64,000 nucleotides of DNA from contig CAVTIW010000001.1 in the NCBI GenBank assembly GCA_963734795.1, positions 281,863 through 345,862 on the forward strand, given 5' to 3'. The DNA comes from an uncultured Alphaproteobacteria bacterium. Its GTDB lineage: Bacteria > Pseudomonadota > Alphaproteobacteria > Rhizobiales > Xanthobacteraceae. Positions 32,574-43,387 of the stretch are shown one piece after another. The notes below the pieces were generated by a model that was not told where the DNA came from, made no database searches, and saw nothing but the letters and a program-made list of their open reading frames with translations. How positions within the stretch are numbered: position 1 is the first letter of the stretch; every line of letters starts with the position of its first letter. Both the position numbers and the translations under genes were made by a program.

Positions 32574-34338
32574 TCAGGCCGCATGGGTCGCAAGGCGGCT
32601 CATTTCCTGCGTCACCAGTTCGCGATACGGGCCCTGGCCCTGCATCAGGCGATCCGGCGGACCGTCTTCGATGATCTTGCCTGCCTTCAGCATGATCACC
32701 CGATCGAAATTGCGCAGCGTCGCAAGGCGGTGGGCGATCGCGATCACGGTGCGACCGCGCATCAGGCGGGCAAGCGCTTCGCGGATCGCCTCTTCGGATT
32801 CGCTGTCGAGCGCGGCGGTGGCTTCGTCGAGCAGCAGGATCGGCGCGTCCTTCAGGAACGCGCGCGCGATGGCAATGCGCTGCCGCTGGCCGCCCGAAAG
32901 CTTGACGCCGCGGTCGCCGACCATGGTCGCAAGTCCTTCCGGCAAGGTTTCGACGAAATCGCATCGGGCCGCAATCGCCGCGCGCAGCACCTCATCGTCG
33001 GTCGCGGTCGGTCGTCCGTACCGGACATTTTCCATGATCGAGCGATGGAACATCGAGATATCCTGCGGCACCACCGAAATCGCCTCGCGCAGGCTTTGCT
33101 GAGTGACCCGGGAAATATCCTGGCCATCGATGGTGATGCTGCCTTCCTGCGCATCATAAAACCGCTGCAAGAGGACAAACAGGCTGGATTTTCCGCCGCC
33201 GGATTGGCCGACCAGGCCGACCCTTTGACCGGCCTGAAGACGCAGGCTGAATCGATCGAATACCTTGAGCCCGCCGGGATAGCGGAACGAGACGTTGTTG
33301 AAGGCGATGGCGGCCCCCGCCTTCACCAGCGGTTCGGCTTCCGGATGGTCCTGCAGTTCATGCGGAAGCAGCAGGGTGGCAATGGCTTCGGTCAGCCGGG
33401 CGACATGCTGGGTGACATCGACCAGCGCCACGGCAAGATCGCGCGTCGCACTCAGAATGGAAATTCCGAGCGTACAGACCAGCACCACGTCGCCGGTGGT
33501 GGCCGCGCCGCGCTGCCAGAGCACGATCGCCCAGGCCAGCAGCGAGATCGTCAGCACGACGGTAATGGCGGCGTGGGTGAGCCGCAGCTTTTCGAGATAA
33601 CGCAGGCTGCGTCCCCGCGCCGTCAATTCCCGGTTGACGGTCGCATCAAACCGGTCGTGCTCGAAGCTCAGTCCGCAAAACGCGCGCACCAGTGGCATGT
33701 TGTTGATGACATCGACCATCTCGCCATCGACGGCCGCGGCCTTGTTGGCGAAATCGTCGTGCAGGGGCTTGCCGGCGGCGGCCAGATGAAACATCGCAAT
33801 CACCATTGCGCCGGCGACCACGATCAATCCCGCCGCCATCAGCGGGCTGACGGTTCCGATCAGCGCAATGGCCGAGACGGTTGCGATGCACGGCGGCAAC
33901 ACATTCCAGACGAACATGTTCTCGACGGTAAAGACGGCATTGGATGTGGCCGTAATGCGGCTTGTCAGCATCCCCGGCAGCCGGTCGGAGAAATAGCTCG
34001 GCGCATGCCCGGTCAGATGGCGAAAGATGTCGCGGCGGAGATCGCCGGTTACGCCCACAAAGGTGAAGCTCGCGGTCCAGCTGGCGATCCGCCACAGAAA
34101 GTTGTCGGCCGCAATCAGCGACATGAGGAAAACGAATGCCAGCCATACGCCGCCCGCGTGGGCGGTTCCCGGCCGACAGACCGTCGACCAGGTACTTGAC
34201 GCCATATTGCGTGCCTACCGAACAGGCAACCGCGGCCACAACGGCGGAGAGGATGACGACATGCGCCGCCAGACGCTGGCGGAGATAGCGCAGCACGAAC
34301 GGAAGCGGCCGGTTCGCATATCCTGAAAGATTGTCCAT
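32574..34338 (-). CDS. ABC exporter, fused permease/ATPase (MsbA/NdvA-like fold), frameshifted near 34180
   Basis: TM domain; GQSGGGKS, LSGGQRQRIAIARAFL, LLLDEATAALD, IAHRL. Confidence 0.9.
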
Positions 34339-34539
34339 GTGGCTGCAAATCCGTTGGAGGAGAAGGAAGATCCTAGCTGGATGAGTTCCGTTCGATCAAT
34401 CGAATGGTGAATACGTCCGTGAAGTTCCAATCGCGCGGCCGTTATTGCGCAACAATTGTGCAGCAATGCGGCGGTAAAAACCTGATCGGGCGTGATGGCA
34501 TCAGCAAGACCGTGGTGTGGAAGAAGTGCGTGTCCCTGG

Positions 34540-34566
34540 GGAACTTCGCACATGCGGAAACGTTCC
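34540..34566. promoter_or_regulatory. Overlapping two-way EcfG/sigmaT-type promoter motifs
   Basis: + strand GGAAC-N16-CGTT (34540-34564); - strand GGAAC-N16-AGTT (34566-34542); between divergent genes. Confidence 0.65.
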
Positions 34567-34638
34567 CTGTTCGGCATGCCGGTGCCATCTGCGAAAATGG
34601 GGGCTTTTTCATCCATGATCACAAAAGGAGACGAATAG

Positions 34639-35707
34639 ATGCGCATCGCGCAGGTTGCTCCGCTGACGGAGGCTGTCCCGCCCAGGCTTTATGGCGGAAC
34701 CGAGCGGGTCGTGCACTGGCTGACCGAGGAACTGGTAGCGTTGGGAAATGACGTCACGCTGTTTGCCAGCGGCGATTCCCGGACTTCGGCGAAACTCGAT
34801 GCAACCTGGCCGAAGGCCCTGCGCCTCGACGGATCGGTTCGCGATCCCAACGCGCTGCATATGGTAATGCTGGAGCGCGTGCTACAAAAATGTGACGATG
34901 AAGAATTCGACTTTCTGCATTTTCACCTCGACTACTATCCGTTCTCGCTGTTCTCCCGCCAGCCGACACCGTTTCTGACCACCCTGCACGGCAGGCTCGA
35001 TCTGCCGGAGCATCAGCCGGTGTTCACGACATTTTCATCGATCCCGGTGATCTCGATTTCGAATGCACAGCGGCGTCCGGTGCCTCAGGCCAACTGGGTC
35101 CGCACCATCCACCACGGCCTGCCGGAAAAGTTGCTGACGCCGCGGCCGGTGACCCCTGGCTATCTGGCCGTGCTCGGCCGCATCGCGCCGGAAAAGGGGG
35201 TGGATCGGGCGATCAAGATCGCGACCCGATGCGGCATTCCGCTCAAGATCGCTGCGAAGGTCGATCGGGCCGACCAGGAATATTGCGACGAAATCATCCG
35301 CCCGCTGATGGATCACCCTCTGGTCGAATATATCGGCGAGATCGGCGATCACGAAAAATCCGATTTCCTGAGCGGCGCGACCGGGTTGCTCGTTCCCATC
35401 GACTGGCCGGAGCCGTTCGGCCTTGTCATGATCGAGGCGATGGCGTGCGGTACGCCCGTGCATCGCGTATAACCGTGGCTCCGTCCCCGAGATCATCGAT
35501 GAGGGCCTGACCGGCTTCATCGTCGAGGACGAAACCAGCGCGGTCGCCGCCGTCGGCCGGCTCTCTACCCTGAACCGCGATGCCATCCGAAAACAGTTTG
35601 AGACGCGTTTCACCGCCCGCCGCATGGCGCTCGACTATCTCGCTGCCTATCGCAGCACGGTGGAGGCGGCAGCGCCACGTATCAAGCTGGTGAGCAGCGC
35701 CGAATAG
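34639..35707 (+). CDS. Glycosyltransferase family 4 protein, frameshifted near 35460
   Basis: MRIAQVAPLTEAVPPRLYGGTERVV, LGRIAPEKG, WPEPFGLVMIEAMACGTPV; continues in a shifted frame to the stop at 35707. Confidence 0.9.
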
Positions 35708-35840
35708 CTCCCCGATCACTCCCGCGCAATATGCGACAAACCCTCGGCGTCAGAGCATTGCTCTGCGTCGAGGGGGGCAATTCGCCCGGCCTTTTCCAGT
35801 TCAATGCGCGGGCGCTAAATCGGCTTTGCCGAAGCGCCGT

Positions 35841-36137
35841 TCATACGCCTTCCGGAGAGGGCTTCAGATGGCGCCGGGAAAGCGCGACCAGTTCGTCACG
35901 ACGCGAACCGCGAAGCGCCTTGATCATATCGAAATGGTCTCGGCGGGCGCGATCGAGTGATTCAGGAAATGCATTGGCGTAAGAACGAATGCCCGTAGAA
36001 ACCTTCTGAGCGAGCAGATCGATCGTCTCGATCAGACAGGCATTGCCGCGCAGACCGAACAGAACCTGGTGAAAACGGAGGTTGCTGTAAAACACGGTCA
36101 GCAAGTCGCCGGCGGCAATGGCCGCGGTGTGCCTTCC
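35841..36137 (-). pseudogene. GntR regulator FCD-domain remnant
   Basis: NLRFHQVLFGLRGNACL...DHFDMIKALR...LSRRHL; no N-terminal HTH; abuts a repeat element. Confidence 0.6.
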
Positions 36138-36138
36138 T

Positions 36139-36197
36139 CGTCATTGCGAGGAGCCGACGGGTCGCGCGAATGTGCGCCCGATGACAGGCTCCGCGAT
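36139..36197. repeat. Partial CGTCATTGCGAG-family element
   Basis: CGTCATTGCGAGGAGCCGACGGGTCGCGCGAATGTGCGCCCGATGACAGGCTCCGCG, similar to 7843-7900. Confidence 0.75.
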
Positions 36198-36344
36198 ATG
36201 CGGGGCCAACGTCAAGTTCTGTAGCCGGCTGGGCGTGGGGTGGTCACGCTTCCGTATTTTCGCCGCTGCTGTTACAGTGATTCTGCCAAAGATAAGGCGC
36301 GGAGCGGCTTTTATCGTTCGGCGACTGTAGGGAGGAAGTACGGA

Positions 36345-36722
36345 ATGTTTTCGCATGTGATGATCGGCACCAACGACCTGGAAAAAGCCAAGTCGTTCTA
36401 TGACGCATTGCTGGGCACGCTCGGCGTGCCGCCCGGGCGGCTGGACGGCCATCGGATTTTCTATATGACCAAAGCCGGCGTTTTCTCGGTGTCGAAGCCG
36501 ATCGACGGCAAGCCCGCGACCGCGGCCAATGGCGGCACCGTCGGCTTTGCCGCGAGCTCGGCGGAGCAGGCCGACGCGTGGCACGCGACCGGCATCGCCA
36601 ATGGCGGCAAGACCTGCGAAGACCCGCCGGGCATCCGCGAGGGTGCCGCGGGCAAACTCTATCTCGCCTATCTGCGCGATCCCGACGGCAACAAACTCTG
36701 CGCCTTGCACCGCATGGGTTGA
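36345..36722 (+). CDS. VOC/glyoxalase family protein
   Basis: RBS GGAGG; MFSHVMIGTNDLEKAKSFYDALL...AYLRDPDGNKLCA. Confidence 0.92.
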   Translation: MFSHVMIGTNDLEKAKSFYDALLGTLGVPPGRLDGHRIFYMTKAGVFSVSKPIDGKPATAANGGTVGFAASSAEQADAWHATGIANGGKTCEDPPGIREGAAGKLYLAYLRDPDGNKLCALHRMG

Positions 36723-36778
36723 ACCAAAGGCGTCCAGGTCAAGCGGGCTACGATGTTTGCCCCGTTTGCTGCCTTTGT

Positions 36779-36869
36779 CGTCATTGCGAGGAGCGGAAGC
36801 GACGAAGCAATCAAGCTTTTGCTCCGCCCAACCCGCACCATGGATTGCTTCGCTTCGCTCGCAATGACG
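36779..36869. repeat. CGTCATTGCGAG-family inverted-repeat element
   Basis: CGTCATTGCGAGGAGCGGAAGCGACGAAGCAATC...GATTGCTTCGCTTCGCTCGCAATGACG. Confidence 0.8.
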
Positions 36870-36886
36870 ACTTGAAAAACCTGCCG

Positions 36887-38817
36887 TCAACTCACCATCG
36901 CCCGCTTCGGCTCGACGATCTCGAACATCCGCGGGAATTCGTCCATCAGGCCCATCAACTCCGCAAGCCGCATCGCATTGCCGATGAATTTGATTTTTCC
37001 GGCGCCCACCGCTTCCGGAAAACTGGTCTGCCTGGCGATCACCTCGTCGAGCGTGCCGCGCGCCAGGGTGAAACCGGCATCGGCGTTCGCGGCCTGCGCC
37101 CCCGCAATATAGGTCAGCGCGCAATTTTCCAGCGTGAGCGTAAAAGTCTCATTGGTATCGGTAAAACTCCAGTTCAGCACGATGTGCTTGCCTTCGGCCT
37201 TGGGGCCGTTGAGCCGGACCCCGAGCACGTCCCACAATTGCTCCGTGCGCAACGCCGCCAGCGTCTCGCGCGGCATCGGCGGGCGCGGCGGCGTTTTGGG
37301 CATGCCCTGCCGCAATTCCTGGGCGCCGAACAGATAGGCGTTGCGCCAGGTCGCGCTTTCCGCGGCGTAGCCGAGCTGCTCGAAGGTATCGGCGAGCAGC
37401 GCGCGGGCGGATTGATTGTCGGGATCAGCGAACACCAGATGGCTCAGCGCCTGGGCCACGAAACGGAACTCGCCCTTGGCAAAGTCCTTATGCGCGCGAT
37501 CGAGGATGGCCTCCGCGCCGCCCATATATTCGACGTATTTCTTGCCGGCGTCGACCGGCGGCAGCGGATCGAGATTGACCGGATTGGCGTCGTACCAGCC
37601 GAGATATTTCTGATAGATCGCTTTCACATTGTGCCGGATATGGCCGTAGTAGCCGCGCGCATGCCAGGCGCCTTCCAGGCTCGCCGGCAGCTTTATCACC
37701 TCCGCGATTTCGCTGGCGGTCAGTCCGTGATTCATCAGCCGGATGGTCTGGTCATGGGCGAATTTGTAGAGATCGCGCTGCTGGCGGATCATGGTGTCGA
37801 TGCGCTCTTTTCCCCAGACCGGCCAATGGTGCTGGCCGCACATCGCGTCCGCCTTGCCGCCCCACATCTGCAGCGCCTCGCCGAGATATTTCGACCAGGC
37901 CAGCGCGTCGCGCACGTCGGCGCCGCGGAACGGCAGCAGGTTGTGGAAATTGTGCGTGCAGTTCTCGGCCAGGTTCAGCAGCTTGTAGCGCGGGATGAAG
38001 AAATGCATCTCCGCCGGAGCCTCGCTGAATTCGGCGCCATCTGGAATTCGAATTCAAGCCCGTCGATGGTGCGCTTGTCGCCGGTCGCCATGATGAGATC
38101 GGTCGGGCGCAACAGCGCCACCGAGCCCGCCGCCATCGATTTTCCCAGCCCGCAATCGACCTGCCCGCGCGGGCCCTTGGCGAGGAACGGGCCGAACTGA
38201 TATTGCGCGCGCCGCAGCATCGCCGGCCCGGCGATGATGTTCTCCGAAACCGCATGCTCCATGAACAGATTGGGCGCGACGATCGGGACGCTGCCGCTCG
38301 CCAGCGCCTCGTCATCGAGCACGCCGCGCGCGCCGCCCCAATGGTCGGTATGGGTGTGGGTGAAGATCACAGCCGCCACCGGCTTTTTGCCACGGTGCTG
38401 GAAATAAAGCTCCATCGCCGCGCGCGCGCCTTCGATCGAGGTCAGCGTATCCACCACGATCACGCCGCGCTCGCCCTCGATCAGCGTCATGTTGGCGATA
38501 TCGAGACCCCGCACCTGGTAGACGCCGGGCACCACTTCGAAAAGTCCGTGGTTCATGTTGAGGCGCGACTGCCGCCACAGGCTTGGGTCGACCGTCGCCG
38601 GCGCCTCGGCCTCGGACAGAAAGCCGTAGGGCTCGAGGCTCCAGACCACCCTGCCCTGCGCCGACGCGATCCGCGCGTTTTCCAGCGTGCCCAGAAAGCC
38701 GCGCGACGCATCGTCGAAATCGCGGGTGTCCGAAAACGGCAGCGCCCGCAGCGTCGCCGCATGCTGCCCGGTTACTGACGCCGAGGCTTCCCGGGGTGTT
38801 TTGCCTGTTTCGGTCAT
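36887..38817 (-). CDS. Alkyl/aryl sulfatase (SdsA-like: MBL fold, dimerisation and SCP2 domains), frameshifted near 38025
   Basis: DFDDASRGF, PSLWRQSRLN, YQVRGLDIAN, THTHTDHWGG, QHHWPVWG, RGYYG..HNVKA, WRNAYL. Confidence 0.9.
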
Positions 38818-39173
38818 GTCGTCGTGCTTCCTCGCTGGTCAACTCCGCTACGATCACTTCCTACGGCATGTTCTGTGACGGAAAACAAGCGGTGATGGCG
38901 CATTCGATAGCGGGTGGCGGCTCCAGCAAAATCGCTTGAGGTCAGCAGATCAATCAACCGAGGCATTGATGCAGCGCAGCAAATACCGGCTTGCTGCGAA
39001 TAGAAAGTAGTGCGTTCTCAAATTTGGATGCGCCAGGCGTAATTACTGGGCGTATGTAAGCAATTTCACACCAATTCGCCGGTTGGGCGAGCGGCGGCAT
39101 CAGGCCCGTCGTCAAGTACCCTTACTTGATCGCGCATGTCGCCTGCGCTGTGCAAGCCGATTAGGGTGATCGA

Positions 39174-39338
39174 ATGAAACGACGCGAGTTCATCGCGCTT
39201 TTCGGCGGCGTGGCTGCGGTGTCGCCACTTGCGGTCGGTGCGCAATCCTCCCGGTCGGCGCGAATTGGGATACTGATGGGGATCGGTGAAAACGATCCCG
39301 AAGCCGGCCCCCGTGTCGAGGGCGCCCCGCCGGCTTGA
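39174..39338 (+). pseudogene. N-terminal stub (54 aa) of an ABC transporter substrate-binding protein
   Basis: MKRREFIALFGGVAAVSPLAVGAQSSRSARIGILMGIGENDPEA; ends beside the 3' end of the convergent operon. Confidence 0.65.
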
Positions 39339-39350
39339 CGCCAGCACCAC

Positions 39351-40121
39351 TTACGCCGCCAGCACGTCGCCGATCCGGCTGCGAATGAGTTCGCGTTCTT
39401 CCGCACCGGTGCCGGCGTCGAAGCTGACATCGTAGGCGATCATCGCCGGGCGTTTCAGCACCACGATGCGGTCGCCGATCTCCAGCGCCTCGCTGATCGA
39501 ATGGGTGATGAAGACGGCGGTCTTGCCGTTTTCCTTCACCAGCCGGACGAATTCCGCGCGCAGCCGCCCGGCGGTGGATTCATCGAGCGCGGAGAACGGC
39601 TCGTCGCAGAGCAGAATATTGGCATTGGTCGCGAACGCGCGCGCGATCGAAACCCGCTGGCGCATGCCGCCGGACAGCGCGTGCGGAAAATCATTTTCGT
39701 GTCCGCCAAGCCCGAGTTTGGTCAGCCACAGCTGGGCCGTCGCCTGCCGCTCCGCCGCCGCGACCTCGAGCATCTCAAGTCCGAGTTCGACGTTTTGCAG
39801 CGCGCTTCGCCATGGCAGCAGCCGGTCGTTCTGGAACACGATCGCCATCTTGCCGCGAAACGAATCGAAATCCGCAAAGGGATCGCGACCGCTGACGCGC
39901 ACGGTGCCGCTGGTCGGCTCGGTCAGCCCCGCGATCATGTTGAAGATGGTCGACTTGCCGCAGCCGGTCTTGCCGAGGATCGCCAGCATCTGGCCGGGGC
40001 GAACGTCGAGATCGAGACCATCCACGGCACGGTAGGCGGTTTCGGTACCCGGCTTGCCGAACACCTTGGTGACCCGCTCGAGGTGGATGGCGGCGTCGCT
40101 TGGCGTGACGGTATCCCTCAT
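39351..40121 (-). CDS. ABC transporter ATP-binding protein (SsuB/TauB type)
   Basis: GKTGCGKST, VFQNDRLLPW, LSGGMRQRV, DEPFSALD, FITHS. Confidence 0.93.
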   Translation of the reverse strand: MRDTVTPSDAAIHLERVTKVFGKPGTETAYRAVDGLDLDVRPGQMLAILGKTGCGKSTIFNMIAGLTEPTSGTVRVSGRDPFADFDSFRGKMAIVFQNDRLLPWRSALQNVELGLEMLEVAAAERQATAQLWLTKLGLGGHENDFPHALSGGMRQRVSIARAFATNANILLCDEPFSALDESTAGRLRAEFVRLVKENGKTAVFITHSISEALEIGDRIVVLKRPAMIAYDVSFDAGTGAEERELIRSRIGDVLAA

Positions 40122-40933
40122 ATCGCGCGCTCCGATACTGCGCGGTAGCGAAACGCGGTATTCTCGATCAGCGTCAACGCGCCCTGCACGATCAGCACGA
40201 AAAACACCAGCTGCAGCGTCCAGGCCAGCGCGCCGGCCATGTCGAACAGCTGCTGTTGCTGCAACAGCTGATAGCCGACGCCGCCGCTGGCGCCGACCAG
40301 TTCGGCGACCACGACCACGCGCGAGGCGTTGCCGAGATTGACTTTCCACGCGGTCAGGATGTCCGGCAGGATCGCCGGTGCGATCATCACCCGGAACAGC
40401 TTCATCCGGGTGGGGCGGAAGCTGAACACCATCTCCATCAGATCTCGCGACATCGCGCGCAAGGCGCCCAGCACCTGAAACGTGAACGCCGGCAGCGTCG
40501 TCATCACCATGATGAAGAAGATGCGAAACTCGACGCCATGAAACCAGATGATCGCGAACACCACCCAGGACAGTGCGGGAATGCCCTGGAACAGCGACAG
40601 GATGGGAGACAGGAATTGATCGACGGCACGCGAGCGCACCATCAGCAACGCCAGCAGTCCGCCGACGATGAAGGCGCCGGCAAGCCCGGCCAGAATGCGG
40701 AAGATCGTCGCCAGCACGTCCGCGAACATCGATCCATCGGAGAAAATCGCAAGGCAGCGCCAGAACACGTCGATCAGCGACGGAAACAGAAAGCGCGGGA
40801 AAAACAGCGAGGCGAACTGCCAGATCAGGATCACCACGACGAACGGCAGCACCGACAACCCCAGCCGTTTTGCCGCCGCCAACAACCTGCTCGCCAACCG
40901 CGACGCCCCGGCCTGAGATGCGGTCTCGCTCAT
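40118..40933 (-). CDS. ABC transporter permease (SsuC/TauC type)
   Basis: Six TM segments; IPALSW; VVVAELVGASGGVGY. Confidence 0.92.
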   Translation of the reverse strand: MSETASQAGASRLASRLLAAAKRLGLSVLPFVVVILIWQFASLFFPRFLFPSLIDVFWRCLAIFSDGSMFADVLATIFRILAGLAGAFIVGGLLALLMVRSRAVDQFLSPILSLFQGIPALSWVVFAIIWFHGVEFRIFFIMVMTTLPAFTFQVLGALRAMSRDLMEMVFSFRPTRMKLFRVMIAPAILPDILTAWKVNLGNASRVVVVAELVGASGGVGYQLLQQQQLFDMAGALAWTLQLVFFVLIVQGALTLIENTAFRYRAVSERAI

Positions 40934-41903
40934 TTGGCTGGCGCCCGATAGATCGTCGCGGCAGACGGCTCGGCGGGCAGGAAGCCGATCGATTTCCCGG
41001 CGGCATAGACCGAATTGATTTCCTTGGCCACGTCCGAGGCCCATTGCAGGTTCATGCCGAGCCGGTCATTGGCGCGAATGAGGTCCGCGATCGCTTTCTG
41101 ATCGTCGGACGTTCCCTTCGCCGCGATCAGTTTCGACGCCTCGTCAGGATGAGCCGTTACCCACGCGGCGGCTTCCTTGTAGGCCGCGTAAAGCTTCGGA
41201 ATCAGCGCGCTGATGCTTTTCCGCCCAATCGATGTGGGCGGCGACGCCGAGATAGGGAATGTTGCGGCTGCCGGTGAATTTCTTCCAGCTCTCGGCGATG
41301 CCGATGTCGATGGTCCGCATATCGCTCTTCTTCGACAGCAGCGTGGTATAGGCCGGCTCCCAGAGCTGGACCGCCGCGGCGCGATCGGCCATCGCATAGC
41401 CGATCAGGCCCGGGGTCGCGGTATTGATCACGGAAAATTTTGCGGTATCGGCGCCGAGTTGCCGCGCGAACCAGTCGAACATCACGTAATTGGTGGTGCC
41501 CTTGGCCGCCGCGAGGTCCTTGCCTTCGAAGATCCTTCAGCGTCTTGATGTCAGGCCGCGAGGTGACGACCGCTCCCCAGTAGTCGAACAGATTGAACAG
41601 ATAGGTCACCTTGACGCCGCGGGTATCGGCAAGGCCGACCGTCAGCAACGACGCGCTGCCGCCAAGCTGGAATTCGCCGGAGTTGAATTGCGCGGTGTAG
41701 GCGTCGGGCGTGCGTTCCTCGAAGGTGATCGCAAGCCCGTTTTTCTCGTCGAGCTTTTGCGCCTTGATCACCGGCGGCAGAAACGCACCGAGCGACGGAG
41801 GACCGAAGATGACGATGGAGAGCGGCTCAGGGGCTTGAGCCCGGGATGCCCCGGGAAAGAGCAGCGCCCCGACGCAAGCCAGGCTTGCGAGAGTTTTGTT
41901 CAT
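40930..41903 (-). CDS. ABC transporter substrate-binding protein (NMT1/SsuA-like), two frameshifts
   Basis: Signal peptide; DIKTLKDL; QLWEPAYT; LYAAYKEAAAWV; split over three ORFs. Confidence 0.85.
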
Positions 41904-41931
41904 GAGCGTTCTCCAAATTCTTTCGTGATGG

Positions 41932-42396
41932 CTATTCCGCGGCGCCCTCGGCGGTCTCGAACTCCTTGCGAAGGGCGGTAAAAAAGCGCCCGACCAGGTG
42001 CTTCGAAACGCTGCTCAAAATCCTCTGGCCGACACCGGCGACCAGCCCGCCGATTTCGCCGGCGCCCTGAAACGTCAGGCGCGACGTGCCGGGTCCTTCC
42101 GGCGCAATCTCGAAACGCGCGCTGCCGTTGCCATGGCCCAGCGTGCCGGCGCCGGAAACCCTGATGCTGCAGGCCTTCGGCGGCTCCTTGTCCGACAGCG
42201 CGATCTCGCCTTCGAACGAACCACCCACCGCGGCGACGCGCAACTGCATCTCCACCTTGTAGGCATCGGGCGCGATCGCGGTCATGGTCTTGCAGCCGGG
42301 GATGCAGCGCGTCAGCACGACGGGATCGTTGAGCGCGTTCCAGAGCACCTCGACCGGAGCTTGAATGGTCTCAGTGCCGCCGATGTCCAGCTTCAT
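41932..42396 (-). CDS. CoxG/SRPBCC family protein
   Basis: APVEVLWNALNDPVVLTRCIPGC...GGLVAGVGQRIL. Confidence 0.9.
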   Translation of the reverse strand: MKLDIGGTETIQAPVEVLWNALNDPVVLTRCIPGCKTMTAIAPDAYKVEMQLRVAAVGGSFEGEIALSDKEPPKACSIRVSGAGTLGHGNGSARFEIAPEGPGTSRLTFQGAGEIGGLVAGVGQRILSSVSKHLVGRFFTALRKEFETAEGAAE

Positions 42397-42409
42397 GAAA
42401 TCGCCCTCC

Positions 42410-43387
42410 TCACAGGCCGAACAGCTGCCGCGCCAGGCCGCCATTGATCGCGGCGCGCTCGGCGTCCGAAAAACCGGTCTCGGCGACGATTTTGGTCGGC
42501 GCCAGATCGCCGATCGGGAACGGCATGTCCGACCCCATCATGATGCGTTCGGCGCCGACGATGTCGGCGAGATAGCGCAGCGCGCGCGGATCCTGGACGA
42601 TGGTGTCGTAATACATCGCCGCCAGCGCCGCGTCGGGATCGCCGAGCTTGTCCTTGTCGAGCGAATAATTCCGGCGCAGCCGGCCGATCACATAAGGCAG
42701 CGCCGCGCCGCCGATGCCGGCGACGATTTTCGCCTTGGCGTAGCGGGTGACGTGGCCGGCATAGATCAGCCGCGACATCGCGATCAAGGTATCGGTGATG
42801 CGCCCGACCGCGTTGGCCATGCCGTAATCATGCACGCGGTCGTCGCCGCTTTCGAACACCGGATGGATGAAGACCACCGATCCGAGCTCGTTGGCGGCTT
42901 CCCAGAACGGCTTGAGCGAGGGATCGTCGAGCACGCCGCCCTTGCCCTTGGGCTGGGTGCCGATCATCGCGCCCTTGAAGCCGGTGGCGTGCGCCTCGCG
43001 CAGCACCTCCGCGGCGCGCGCGCCGTCCTGCAGCGGAACGGTGGCCAGCGGCACGAACCGCGGCTCGCGCATCGCGGTTTGCGCCAGATGGGTGTTGATC
43101 AGTCGCGACCAGCTGGCGCCCTCTTCCGCCGGCACCTCATAGCCGAACATGTCGAGCCAGCCGCCGACCACCTGACGCTCGATCTTCTGTTCGTCCATCC
43201 ATTTCAGACGCGCGGGCAGATCGCTCAGCGGCTTGGAAACCGGCCGGGTCGGCTTGCCGCCGGCAAACGAGAAGCCGAGGCTGCCGCCATCCTCGATCAG
43301 GCGGATCGATGGAAAGCTGGCAGCCTGGGTGCGGATCGCATCGAGCAGGCTCGGCGGAACCAGATGGGCGTGGCAGTCGATGATCAT
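42410..43387 (-). CDS. Amidohydrolase-2 family protein (ACMSD-like decarboxylase/hydratase)
   Basis: MIIDCHAH, PFWEAANELG..VFIHP, YYDTIV, IMMGSDMPF. Confidence 0.88.
   Translation of the reverse strand: MIIDCHAHLVPPSLLDAIRTQAASFPSIRLIEDGGSLGFSFAGGKPTRPVSKPLSDLPARLKWMDEQKIERQVVGGWLDMFGYEVPAEEGASWSRLINTHLAQTAMREPRFVPLATVPLQDGARAAEVLREAHATGFKGAMIGTQPKGKGGVLDDPSLKPFWEAANELGSVVFIHPVFESGDDRVHDYGMANAVGRITDTLIAMSRLIYAGHVTRYAKAKIVAGIGGAALPYVIGRLRRNYSLDKDKLGDPDAALAAMYYDTIVQDPRALRYLADIVGAERIMMGSDMPFPIGDLAPTKIVAETGFSDAERAAINGGLARQLFGL

Noticed and set aside
26956-35707. Programmed frameshifting or phase variation in the glucan cluster
   Set aside because: No consistent slippery sites or long homopolymer tracts; similar indels occur in unrelated genes across the window.
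39066-39350. 94-aa minus-strand ORF
   Set aside because: Antisense translation of the MKRREFI SBP stub.
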